64,000 nt of DNA. Origin: Octopus vulgaris (taxonomy: Eukaryota). Below the pieces are notes generated by a model that did not search any database, had not been told where the DNA came from, and saw nothing but the letters and a program-made list of their open reading frames with translations. The stretch is taken from contig OX597821.1 in the NCBI GenBank assembly GCA_951406725.2, positions 46,190,001 to 46,254,000 of the forward strand, in the 5' to 3' direction. Each line of letters opens with the position of its first letter. Position 1 is the stretch's first letter. The translations under genes and the position numbers were made by a program. Positions 52,820-64,000 of this stretch are shown one piece after another.

Positions 52820-53380
52820 CACTATGGTCCAACACCTATGAAGCATTAAACTGGTTCTCTAAAATTCAGAACAAGAAAAACTGTAAGTTCCTACAAATAG
52901 ACATAGAAGATTACTACACATTTATTAACCCTATGATCCTGAATAGTGCTGTTACCTTTGTCAAAAATCATATCCAACTAACAATGATGGAAATTAATGT
53001 AATCTTAGAAGAGAGAAAATCAGTAATAAATTTCAATAATAAACTATGGGTAAGAAAAGACTCCACTAATAACTTCGATATCACCATGGGAGCCCCTGAT
53101 TCAGCACAGGTAACTGACTTAGTAGGTATTTATTTGTTATACCCACAGGAAGAATTCCCAGAAATCAAGGGTGGGCTATATAGGGACAATGCACCATTCA
53201 TGCTAAAAAACACCTCAAATAGGAGATTAGATCTGATTAAGAAAATATATAATTTCTTTTAAAGATTCAGCCTAACTATTACTATAGAAAAGGAACACGA
53301 GTCTATAAATTACAACTGCAACCTAGCCATAGGACTCCATGAAATCTACATAAAACCTAATACAAACCTCAAATATTTCC
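52820..53380 (+). mobile_element. Penelope-like reverse transcriptase fragment
   Basis: WSNTYEALNWF...FLQIDIEDYY...FDITMGAPDSAQVTDLVGIYLL...GGLYRDN (degenerate YRDD). Confidence 0.8.
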
Positions 53381-53517
53381 CTCTCTCTTCTTACCCCTAC
53401 TGTATATATGTACATATACCTATATATTTATATATGTGTATGTATATATATGTGTAGGATAAATAAATTGTATGTTAGTTCATATTTACATATTTATGTA
53501 TTCTTTTGTATTTATAG

Positions 53518-53584
53518 GAATGAAAATTATCTAAATACAGGATTTACTGGCTGAATCATAAGATGGATAAACTCATTGAAACAG
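53518..53584 (+). other. Candidate spliced exon (5' UTR plus possible start, MDKLIET)
   Basis: Acceptor TTCTTTTGTATTTATAG|, donor CAG|GTATGG, AAGATGG start context at 53563. No homology recognised. Confidence 0.3.
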
Positions 53585-55380
53585 GTATGGTAACTTCTGC
53601 ATAATTCTGCTTATTTATTTATTTATTGATTTTATGCAAACAAAATCCTTTTACAATTTCTGTTTTACCTAAATTTGTCTCAGAATCTTGCTGCCCTTTT
53701 CTGAATTTCTTACTACAGTAAATGTTATAATTTTCCTTTTTCCACATTGGTATGGACTTTGTTACACTTTATTCAGAATTACTGCCCTGTTGAATAGGCT
53801 TGAGTATGGTCTACCTACTGTAATTTTTACTATCAATGGATCAGTTTCCTGGTGCCAGTCATTGTACAGAGTATTCTGGGTGTATTTTATGCTCACACTA
53901 GCACTAGAGTGGATAATATGTCTATAGTATGACAAAATGGTCTGCTTTTTTCTCATAAAGTCTTTGCTCATTCACCAATCACTTTACAGTGTTGTATTTA
54001 TCATTTTATGACTTTAAGTGAGGTTTCCTAGTAATCTGTAAGGGACTCGACTATTCTATGTTCATTTGTGGAAACTAATCATAGTACTAACTGCACATTT
54101 GTATCCAAAGTTCTAGCTACCATGGCAATAGTAGTAGCATTCTTGTCATGGACCACTCTAATGATGACCAACTGTACCAATCAAGTAGCCAACACCATCA
54201 GTCATGATATCATATGTCAGCCTGCTTTTTCAATATCTAAAATTGTCACACTCAGAGGTAATGATTCTAGCCATGCATGTAGAACCTATAGTGTCGGAAG
54301 TAGGGGACAAATAATTAATCTTGACACTGTGAATGGTGCAGCCAGCAGGCATAATAATCACACTAATTCTGATGTCATTGTGGATTATGCAACTACTAAT
54401 GATCACAATAACTGTTTTAACTTCCACTGCCTTGTTTGGTCCTGCTGTTGCTAGTGGCAGTGATCCTAACGTGAACCTAGGTGGTTTGGATAGTTTTGTT
54501 GGGTCTGGCAGTGGTTGAAACTCTCTGCCATACTTGAATGACACCAGTAGCATTGATGGCCATACATCTGAAGTATGTAATTGTTAAAACGAATTTCTAG
54601 TCCTCTAAATAATTTTTCTTAACTAAACATATTGTATATAGATACACTGTAATAACTAATCTAAAATATTTTACCACCACATGCAAATTCAAGCAAATAA
54701 TTTAAAATCACTTTTTTTTTTAAAGAATTGTAATAAGGCTAGAGTTATGTCTTTCAGGTAAAAAAAAATTACGAATTGAAAAACAGTAACTTTCAATTCC
54801 AAATTACCTGGAACATAGTAAAACAAGCATTATGATACTTTGATTATAGGTACCAATGCATGCTTTGCTGTGCTGACGTATGGGAAGTTCCTAAAGGTCT
54901 AGGTAATGTCCTTAATATGTCTCAATAACTTAGAGATTAAAACGCTTACATAATATTAGAAACATATTTGTGTATTTTAAACCTGTTACTTAATTCACTT
55001 CTGACAACATACCCTAACTTTCTTATCTATACCCTCTAAGATAGTTATATATATTATCTAGAAATTTAGATATTGTTCAAGTAATGTATGACTATGTAGT
55101 AGGACTCCTAATTATGCATTCTTATTATGCTATTAATAATCTTCATTCTATAAATAGTGAAACAACTTTCAAACTGTTTATTTCTCTTATTTTTTGCATT
55201 GTATCTCTTTCTTGTATTATTGCTTGATATCATATTTTAGTTTATATATTTTATATAACTGTGTGTTTGTGGAATGCTACATAGATATATGTGTGTGTGA
55301 GTGTGTATCTATATGTGTGTGTATGTAAATATATGTATACACAAATGCATAGAAATGTGAACAAAGAAAAATGCACATGT

Positions 55381-56230
55381 ACCAGGTGTCCCAGAAAGAT
55401 TTACCTATCATATTTTTGTCCTTATTCATAATATATACAAGAGAGGGTTATCAGACTTCCTGAACTATAAGAACTACAGTTTACCTATCTAATATACAAA
55501 TCAGATTTCAAAATGACCACTTCTTGCTTTAATCATGGCCTGCAAATGAGTGGTTACTGAACTGCAACAGTGAACATTTGGATGTGAACTGTGCTATTCA
55601 CATTAACAACCTCATAAATGAAGATCAAAGGAGACTTGGGCCCATTAGATGCTACAGCACCCCATACCATAATCGTAGCTGGTTTCTGATGACAAAAATG
55701 GGTTCAGCTCCCTTCAGGCAAGTCCTCATCATGAGAAGCATACAATCTGTTGTTCAGTTTGTAACAGCCGCCAACAGGAAGATCTTGTCACTCCAAATGA
55801 AGACTTTGTTTGTGGCACTGTTCATATTTCCTGATATCTTTTTCTCCCCTAGTGAACCGCTTTTTTCTTCAAAGCTGCTGAAATTATATGACTTGGTTGC
55901 TTTTTGTATGCCTTTAGCCTGAGATCCTCCTTAGCAATCCTGTGCATTGAAAATTTTGAAATATTGAGCACTCATGTTATTTTTTGCATGCTTCTATGAG
56001 GATTGCTTTGAACTCTCTTTCTCACAGTATCAATCATAGGTTTTGGTGCAAACAGTTCTTTTACACCCTGGTACTGGCTTACTTGATGTCATGCCAGATT
56101 GACTGTAACATTTCCAATCATTATACACCATCTTACTACACATTGAGCTATTTTGCAATATCATAGCTAGATTTTCCTGCTCGTTTTTAATACAACGGTT
56201 TGATCAGACGTCATATTTGTTTACAAAATT
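55381..56230 (-). mobile_element. Decayed Tc1/mariner-superfamily transposon
   Basis: Minus strand IMVWGAVASNGPKSPLIFI and LQAMIKARSGHFE, typical of IS630-Tc1-mariner transposases; CAGGTGTCCC TIR-like end at about 55383. Right boundary approximate. Confidence 0.7.
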
Positions 56231-56279
56231 ATTATAGAGAAACAAAGGTATAACTACTTAAAACTGAAACATACACAAA

Positions 56280-56605
56280 TCATTTCAGCTATGCAGCTGT
56301 GGTCATGCTGGAGCAACACTCTGGTTTTGCTGACTTCCTTAGGCTGGGGGATTTCACATCGCCATTCCTGTATATGCCTTTGCTCCAGCTGTTGGCCCAT
56401 TTGGTGCATGAGGGAGTTTGATTCCACTGCCCTTGTCTGTACCTCATGCCTTGTTATTAGTTCATCAGGTATTGTGGAGAGGACTTTGATGTCTTCCTTG
56501 AAGACATCTGTGTCTACATTATGTAGATTTCTTAATTTTTGTGGCAGAGCATTGAAGTACTGTGGACCTTTGAACCATAGGCTATTGCAGTACCTCTTGT
56601 TTAAC
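56280..56605 (-). mobile_element. Old 3' fragment of a CR1-group LINE
   Basis: YCNSLWFKGPQYFNALPQKLRNLH...IPDE...SNSLMHQ, plus the 3' hairpin at 56283-56318. Confidence 0.85.
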
Positions 56606-56636
56606 AGCCAAATGTGTGCCATTTATATAATAGATT

Positions 56637-56845
56637 ACACCACCTCATCCCAGGTCTTCCTGGGTCTACCTCTTCCACAGGTTTCCTCAACCACTGGGGT
56701 GTGACACTTTTACACACAGCTATCTTCATCCATTCTCACCACATGACCATACCAGCACAGTCGTCTCTCTTGCACACCACATCTGATGCTTCTTAGGTCC
56801 AACTTTTCTCTCAAGGCACTTACACTGTCGTATATGCACACTGTT
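56637..56845 (-). mobile_element. RTE fragment, family of 49195
   Basis: Reverse complement matches about 49640-49830. Confidence 0.8.
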
Positions 56846-56924
56846 TGCATATTCAAAACATTTCCCATAAACAAATTTAAAATCTATCTATCTATCCAAC
56901 TATCCATCCATCCATCCATCCATC

Positions 56925-57838
56925 GACGATCTCGGGGTGAACCTGGGTGTCGACTACGAATACCTGACCTGCCTGTTCAAGATGACTTTCGGGCTGGGAC
57001 CTATGGACAACTTCCAGAGATCCCTCGCCTGGCAGTGCTATCGAGAAGCACTACCCATTCAGGATAAGCTTTACAGGCATAGCTCGAGAAACACGGGGCT
57101 GACCTGTCCGAGATGCAGTCAGAGCGATGAAACCATCCCGCACGCACTCGTGCAATGTCCAATCATTTCCTACCTGTGGGCCTATGTCGAACAACTGCTA
57201 TCGTGTGTGGGATGAGTCGGTTTATAAACCAAGTTTATTGTGAATATTGTCGTGCCTCCTTCCCTGATACAGGAAGGAATAGCCATTTTTATCGTACTTG
57301 TGGCTATGGCAAAAGAATGTGTATCGTGGACGCGTCTGAAAGGTCTAGAGACAAACACTTTCCTTTCTGGTCAATCTCTCATCAACTTCTTCAAGTATCA
57401 CTTGAAGAAGAAGGTGAGAGTAGAGAGGGAAGTTTTATGTTGTGAATGTTAAAAAAAAAGATGGGTGAATGACAGAGCTAGCTTGAGCACAATCCTATGA
57501 ATCAAAAAAAAAAAACCAAAGGGAAAAAAGAGAGCTATTTACTGTAATATGTTTTTTTGCATGACATTATTGCCCTAGGTTCCTATGGTCTTTTCCGTAG
57601 GCTTTTCTATCCAAACCTAATCTGTTTCTCCTTTTTACATTGACATTTCTGTGATACATGATCCCTATTGATTGTCCCCAACTTTTTTTTTTCCTGATCC
57701 CTTTTGATTGGAATTTTACCCACTTTTTCTTTTTTTTTTTTTTTTTTTACTTTTCCCTTCTCTTCTTCCCAAAAAGAAAAGCTCTACTTTGTATTTTGTT
57801 CTTTCTGTGTTCAGCCCTGCATGGCCAATAAAGAAATA
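56925..57838 (+). mobile_element. Tx1/L1-group LINE 3' portion
   Basis: TCPRCSQSDETIPHALVQC knuckle, FFKYHLKKKVRVEREVL, T-rich 3' UTR, GGCCAATAAAGAAAT. Confidence 0.88.
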
Positions 57839-58009
57839 TATCTGTCTGTCTGTATACATATATGTATATATGTGTGTATGTATTGTAGGTATTCTCTAAT
57901 CCTTCTTCAAATTCACACACACACACACACATGTATTTGTATGCACATGCAGAGATGTACTGGGACCAAAAACTGGAGATTCCTATTAATACTTAATCAA
58001 CAAAAGAAA

Positions 58010-58690
58010 CAATGAAGCCCTTGGAATTCTAAGATGCAATCAAAAATGTAGATTGTCATATTTCTGTGGAAGACATCACTCACGTGATTAGTAGCTGCCC
58101 CCAAAATGTCACCAAAGTACATCCTCACTGCGCGACACAACATTGCTAAAACAATATACAACACAATTCGGGAAAAATATTCTGTCCTGGAATAAATACA
58201 GAGAATCCCACTGTTATTCAATGCATACAAAAACATTAAATCAAGGAATTCTGGTGGAACATTCACATCAAAGCATCTGTGAAATGTAAACATATAATGC
58301 TGGATATCGTTGTTTGGGACAGACAAGAAAAAGTATGTTCCATCATAGAGGTCAGCTGTCCCGCTGACATGAATATCTCTTTGAAAATCAAAGAGAAAGA
58401 AGTTAAACATGGACTACTGCTTCTATATCCTGATTATGAATTGTCATTTATACTAACAGTAATAATTGGTGTGGTTGGCTTTGTGAATAAATGCCTAAGT
58501 GACTATTTGGATCAGCTAGTCCTTTCAGAAAAAGAACTCAACCAAATACAATTTGTAATTGGAACATTAAAAATTTATAAGACCTTTCTCTAGTTTAAAA
58601 TGTGACATTGCTTTTGTTATCTCCATTCCAACAATGGAGGTTTGTATTATTGTCAGAAACCGGCTCCTTCCTCAGTGGAAGGATTTAAAT
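58010..58690 (+). mobile_element. Restriction-like-endonuclease (R2/R4/NeSL-group) non-LTR element 3' fragment
   Basis: ARHN ... LDIVVWDRQEKVCSIIEVSCPADMNISLKIKEKEVKH ... VIIGVVG. Confidence 0.75.
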
Positions 58691-58723
58691 AATTAAAAGT
58701 GGAAGAGAACATGTGCCTGCACG

Positions 58724-58760
<37 letters not shown>

Positions 58761-59175
58761 ATACATACATACATACATACATACATACATACTTAAATAC
58801 ATATATTTATGCATAACATTATCTAAATTCCAATGAAGGAATTTTAACTGTTAGTTGCAGACTGTTTCTTTAGTGAAGAGAAAAAGAAAACAAAAACAAA
58901 CCAAGTGTATATACGTAAGGAACCAGACCAACCAAGACAATTCACAATATATTAATGCTTCTCATTAATCTCTTCCTCTATGGTTTATATCAGTATATGT
59001 CGTATTGAAAGCCATATATACTTGTTATCTGAAACTTAGTTCTTTCGGGAATAAAATATGGAAAGCTCATACATGGACAGTGTGTTTATCATTAACTAGT
59101 ATTTGTTACATTGCTTGTATTTTATCTGTTTTATATATATTTATATATATAATCACTCACTCACACACACACATC

Positions 59176-59220
<45 letters not shown>

Positions 59221-59769
59221 CACTCACACACACACACAACATATATATATATATATATAGTTTGTATGTGTATGAATAAAATATCTTTATAAAAATGTGT
59301 ATAGGCATGAATATGTTTATGGATAAGGAATTTGAACTATTTGAAGATGTTTGTTTACACAAGTTATGCCTAAAGAGTCTTATTTTCATAAAATACAAGA
59401 AAAATGTGACAAGCATGGCAGACTGATGTGTGTAGGCATTCATACACAAGTGTGTGCCTCCACTAGAAACTTTCAGAAAAATGGATACTTTTTTATGAAA
59501 TTTTCTACAAATATGCTTCAGACGGTGCAGATTTCAATTGCATCAGAATTTAATGTAAAAGATTTTTTTCCCAGGGTGGTGAGAGGAATTTCAGAAAATT
59601 CACAATTCAGTTTTGTTTCCTCGTAATTTCAGGAAAATGAGTATTTCTTAATGAAATTTTACAGATACCTTTTAGAGAATCTAGATTGCAATTATGCCAG
59701 CAAAAATCAGGTTTTATAGATTTTCATTAAGTTGTGTCGATGGTGTGATTAATGTTTAATGTATGGAAA

Positions 59770-60838
59770 ACATCTTCAGTGCTTCCTTGATTGTGATCAG
59801 ATGTGGTCACCATTCGCCAGACATATTTCCACAGCTAGTTTCTTTAACGGATCTGCAGTCCTGGGTAAAACAGAGACCAAGGGGGAGCATTTAGAAAGTG
59901 GAATGTTTTCACGCGCTCACACCCCTCAGCCAATCAGACACTGTGATCGGTGGAACGTCCGCTTCAGCTTTTTACAGAGGATTAGTGGAGGAAAAGTTCG
60001 ATGGCATGGAAGATGAACTAGCCACTCTTTTCCAGAGAACTTTCAGCCCTAGGACCAATGAATACTTTGAAAAAAATCTCTAGCCTGGCAGTGCTACTGG
60101 AGAGCTTTGCCTGTTCAGTATTAACTTTACAGGCATAGAAGTGCCATCAGCCAAGTATGTTGGAGAAGTGTGCAGGATGATGAGACAGTCCTGCATGCAC
60201 TCGTCCAGTGCCCAAGCATTGCTGACCTGTGGGTTTATGTTGATCACCTGCTGTCACATGTGGGACAGATCCGGCTGTCAACTGAATCCATCGTGAACAT
60301 CGCCCCACTACCTTCCTTTAACCGGGATGGAAAGGGTGTGTTTATATGCCTGATTGCCAGGGTAAAAGAGGTTCTATGGTGGACGAGATTGAAGGAGCTG
60401 AAGACAAGCATTTTTCTCTTTGACCAATCCTTGATGAACTTCTCCAAGTTTTACTTGAAAAGGAAAATAAGGGTGGAGAGGGAAGTGTTGTCTTCTAGCC
60501 AGATTGCTGAAAGGTGGACGAAAGTGGTGAGATTAGTGTGGGTGAATGGGCCTAACCTGTAGTTGGAAAAAAGAAAAGGAAAAAGGGCATCTACCCCAGA
60601 AGTCAGGTTACCCATGGTCTTTTATGGGTTTTTTCCATGAGCAGCCCCACTGAGGATCACATTGTTGATTTTTTTAAAATTTTGTTAGTCTTGTTTACAT
60701 GCAAAACCTTCACAACACATACTTATGCACGCGCGCGCGCACACACACACAGACACAGACAACACGCATTCTTTGTTTTGTACTGTACTGTCCATAATGT
60801 TTTTTCTTAATGTAAACCCTTGTGGTGAATAAAGAAAC
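59770..60838 (+). mobile_element. Tx1/L1-group LINE 3' portion
   Basis: DETVLHALVQCP, FYLKRKIRVEREVL; tail CCCTTGTGGTGAATAAAGAAA. Confidence 0.85.
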
Positions 60839-60875
<37 letters not shown>

Positions 60876-60877
<2 letters not shown>

Positions 60878-61060
60878 GGCGATGAACTGGCAGAATCAGT
60901 GACCTGAATAAAATACTTTGTGGGTATTTCGCCTGTTGTTATGTTCTGAGTTCAAATTCCATTGAGGTCAACTTTACCTTTCATCCTTTTGTGGTCACTA
61001 AAAATAAGTACCAGTTGCACACTGGGATCAATGTAATTGATTCATTCCCTTCCCCAAAAT
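60876..61060 (+). mobile_element. tRNA-headed SINE following (ATT)n
   Basis: Same family as 33208 and the 36090 array. Confidence 0.8.
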
Positions 61061-61084
61061 TGTTACTGAGTTTGGAGTGCTCTC

Positions 61085-61482
61085 AGACATGAAGGGGTGA
61101 AAGCAATTCAATTTCACCTCCTACCTTGGCAGCATGCTGAGTCTATGTCCAGGGATTCAAAATTCTATGAAATTGTGATAACAGCCAAAGAACTATGGGA
61201 TGTGATAATGAGCTGCACGTGGGAAAAGTCTCCAGGCTGGATGGTCTGCCCTTTGATCTTTGTCTCCATATGCCAGACTTGTTCAGTGATCTCTTGGTGA
61301 ATGTCTACCTTAACTGATCTATTCATGACAACCTCCACATCCTCACTCTCTACATCATAGAGAGGGTAGGGAAGAAACCCAGCATGGGTGGGGCCCTGAT
61401 TAATTTGGATCAGTCAAAAGTTTTTGAAGTTGTCAGCCATCAATACTTGCTGGTTGTCCTTGCAGTGGCTGGTTTCAGTCCC
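61085..61482 (+). mobile_element. Tx1/L1-group RT fragment
   Basis: EKSPG, IHDNLH, ALINLDQSKVFEVVSHQYL; homologous to 43590-43745. Confidence 0.7.
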
Positions 61483-62400
61483 ATTGGATGAAATCTGTAC
61501 CATTCCATACATAACTGGGTATTAAATGGCACAAAGGTTTTGGGAGGATATCTAAAAAATGGCTTATTTGTTGTGTTGGTGCTTGAGGTCCAGCGAGTAT
61601 TGGTCTTAGTTTGAGGTCAGTATTTTTACGTATTGGTTCTTCTGCTTATTTATGGCACTTTGTATTTTGGAGCTTTTGTGTATTTTGGGTAATCCATAGA
61701 AATTGCTCTCTTTGGTTACAGAACTGCATATATAATCTTTCTCCTTGTCTGTGAAGGAATCTTGGAATTCATTGATTAGTCTTCCGATTTTATTCATTGT
61801 TTTTTCCTGAGTGTCTTGGTTCTTCCTTGTAGTAGGTTTGAGTTGTTAACATTTCCAATATTTTATCTTTATAATAGTCCTTGTCTATGATTACTGTTGC
61901 CTCTCCCTAATCGGCTTCTTTTAGGATGATTGAGTTGTCATTCTTCAGTGTTTGTAAGGCTTCCTTTTCTTCTTCACAAAGATTTTGTTTGCATCTGTGG
62001 GTATTTAGTGGGAAATTTTGAAATCATGTCTATATACGCATCTAAATATTTGTCCTTTCCCTTGTAGGGGATGAAGTGGGATTTATTTCTGACTATTGAT
62101 TCATCATTTAAATCCTTACTGCTGAAGAATTCTATAAGTCGGAGGTGACGGTTGAAGTGTGCAATATCAGATTTCAGTTCAATGAGATTAGGGGTGGGTG
62201 TCAGGGTAAACATGAAACCTTTTAATAGGAGGTTCATCTCACTCTTGTTGAGGTTTCTATTTGACAAATTTATGATCTTCGGGTCTATATGTTCTGTGTG
62301 TTCATTTAAATTTTGCATTTTATCAGGTCTGGTGCATGATTTTTGTATTTTCTTCCTAAATACCAAAATACCGAAAAGTAATGGAACTACATTTCATCAA
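61483..62400 (-). mobile_element. Penelope-like element N-terminal/RT fragment
   Basis: IINLSNRNLNKSEMNLLLKG, IILKEAD.G.ATVIID, FYGLPKIHK, RPILAG. Confidence 0.85.
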
Positions 62401-62797
62401 AAAATTCTCCCCAAAATACATATAAATATCTCAAACACCTGCACACAAATTTTGTAGCTTGCCTCAGCAACATGTGTAGTTGGCCGCAAAACACATAGGG
62501 GCTGTGCTGTGCTGAAGTGAATAGAGATTTTTCAATTACAATAACAAAGGATAAAATTTTTAAAAGAAAATTTTATTAGTGGCCAGCTTATACAAAAAGA
62601 CCAATTACGGTGAAATTATATTTATAATTAAGGGCATAGAAATTTTCCAGCCTATAAGCCAAAATAGATGCTAAATCTTCTCACCACTTAAGAAATTTAG
62701 TGTGAGGGTATCTGGGGTATTTATATGTGCTTATGGATTTGCATTTTGCTTTCCTGTGGGTACATATATATATCTTATTTATTTCCTGTAAGTGTAT

Positions 62798-62850
62798 CCT
62801 GCTGAAGAAGGAAAAGCCACTGGGCAAATCCAGAAATGAGCTAATCCAGG
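62798..62850 (+). ncRNA. Slightly degenerate hammerhead ribozyme motif
   Basis: cctg-CTGAAGA-a gga aaa gcc actg ggc aaa tcc a-GAAA-tgagctaa-TC-cagg; helix III is one change from the palindrome ATTAGCTAAT. Confidence 0.55.
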
Positions 62851-63299
62851 GCTATCTTTATTATTAATTTCCATTAGCTTGTCGCTTTGATTTCAGCGCG
62901 TGTGTAAATTTTGTCGCTTCTATGCCCTTATATATATGTATATATATATAAAGCTAAAAAATTATGGTTGAGAAAATACGTGTTAAACACAGTATCTAAA
63001 CCTCATTTCAGGGTAAGTCCCATGTCATGTGTCTGTGGAGTATGTTCACCAGTGATACACAGCAAACATCATTGTAATAATTTCAGGATGGATCTTGGGT
63101 ATATATTAAAGATAAAAAGATAAGATGGAATGTACCAACAAAGAAATTTATATTATCATGTCCTTGTGGGCATGGAATGATGCGATAACACCAGATCCAA
63201 CTCACAGTGCATAGAAGACTCCTCAGGTGGGATTATAATGTTTTAAACTGGGAGATTAACATTGAGCCTACAGAACCCACGCAGCAACAGCATGATGAA

Positions 63300-63700
63300 T
63301 CGACAACCAATTGGTTAATTTTTGCAGTGCATGTGAGGGGAGGTCCTTATGTTTATATCGGTGCCACAGTTGATTCCTTTCAAGAATCGATATAGAAATC
63401 ATTTTTCTAGTTTTAGAAAACTGAACAAGAGACACGTGACGTAACTGGCAGATTTTCTGTGGCAATTGAAAACCAGCAGGATTAAATATGAGATTTCATA
63501 GTCATTTATGAAATACACAAAACCCTACGACTCACATTCTAGGACCTGTGGACTGTGCTCTGTAGAATCCCTGTCAATATTGCTTACTCATGAAAAGGTC
63601 ATTAATAAATTAACAGAACACATTACATGTTGTTTACATGCCATAATAGCCACCTTCAAATATTACTCCCCTGTAAACACAGCACTGAACTGCCATAATC
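63300..63700 (+). mobile_element. Penelope-like GIY-YIG endonuclease C-terminal remnant
   Basis: VYIGAT, FLWQLK, KPYDSHSRTCGLCSVE, INKLTEHITCCLH. Confidence 0.65.
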
Positions 63701-64000
63701 TACATTGAACAGTAAACATCATGCTATCATTTCATACACTGCTATGTGCCCATGGACAGGTGTGTGGGCTTTTGCCCATGTGTTGTTTACTATTCTGTAC
63801 TTGCATGTGTGTCAGAGTAGTTTTGTGAGTGTGTACATGTAGGTGCAAAGTTGAGGTGTTTTTATAAGCCTGTGTGTATATATAAATGCTGAATGGAAGT
63901 CTCTGGTGTGTATGCATGTGTACATAAGTATATCTGTGTACGAACATGTATGTATGTATAATTATGTGAGTGTACAAGTGTACTTGCCTGCAGTCATGTG

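Noticed and set aside
54230-54553. 107-aa minus-strand ORF after an acceptor-like CAG
   Set aside because: No recognisable domain and competing + strand signals; not supportable as a CDS.

Overview
Eukaryotic, AT-rich, repeat-dominated DNA. The SINE families and multi-kb (TA)n/(TATG)n tracts suggest a cephalopod, most likely Octopus (inference). No host protein-coding gene is confidently identifiable. Nearly all long ORFs in the track are translations of TA microsatellites. Real coding content is retroelement-derived: a young CR1-group LINE present as three + copies separated by kb-scale TA arrays (13.5-28.5 kb) plus a related - copy, several Tx1/L1-group fragments, RTE fragments, an RLE-type fragment, Penelope-like (PLE) RT and GIY-YIG fragments, a Tc1/mariner relic and a piggyBac-type MITE. 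Highlights: (1) several PLE-type minimal hammerhead ribozyme motifs, including one with an intact core at 50957-51001 and a tRNA-headed, hammerhead-carrying short element inserted as an inverted pair with a 12-bp TSD; (2) apparent (TA)n targeting by the CR1-group LINE and its partner SINE, which share a 3' double hairpin with compensatory base changes; (3) Tx1 tails and a second SINE family stacking in (ATT)n; (4) a perfect 92-bp-arm palindrome inside a minisatellite. CpG/motif-rich promoter candidates lie near 1.3, 31, 45.8 and 48.4 kb. Part of the TA-rich region probably carries long-read consensus errors.
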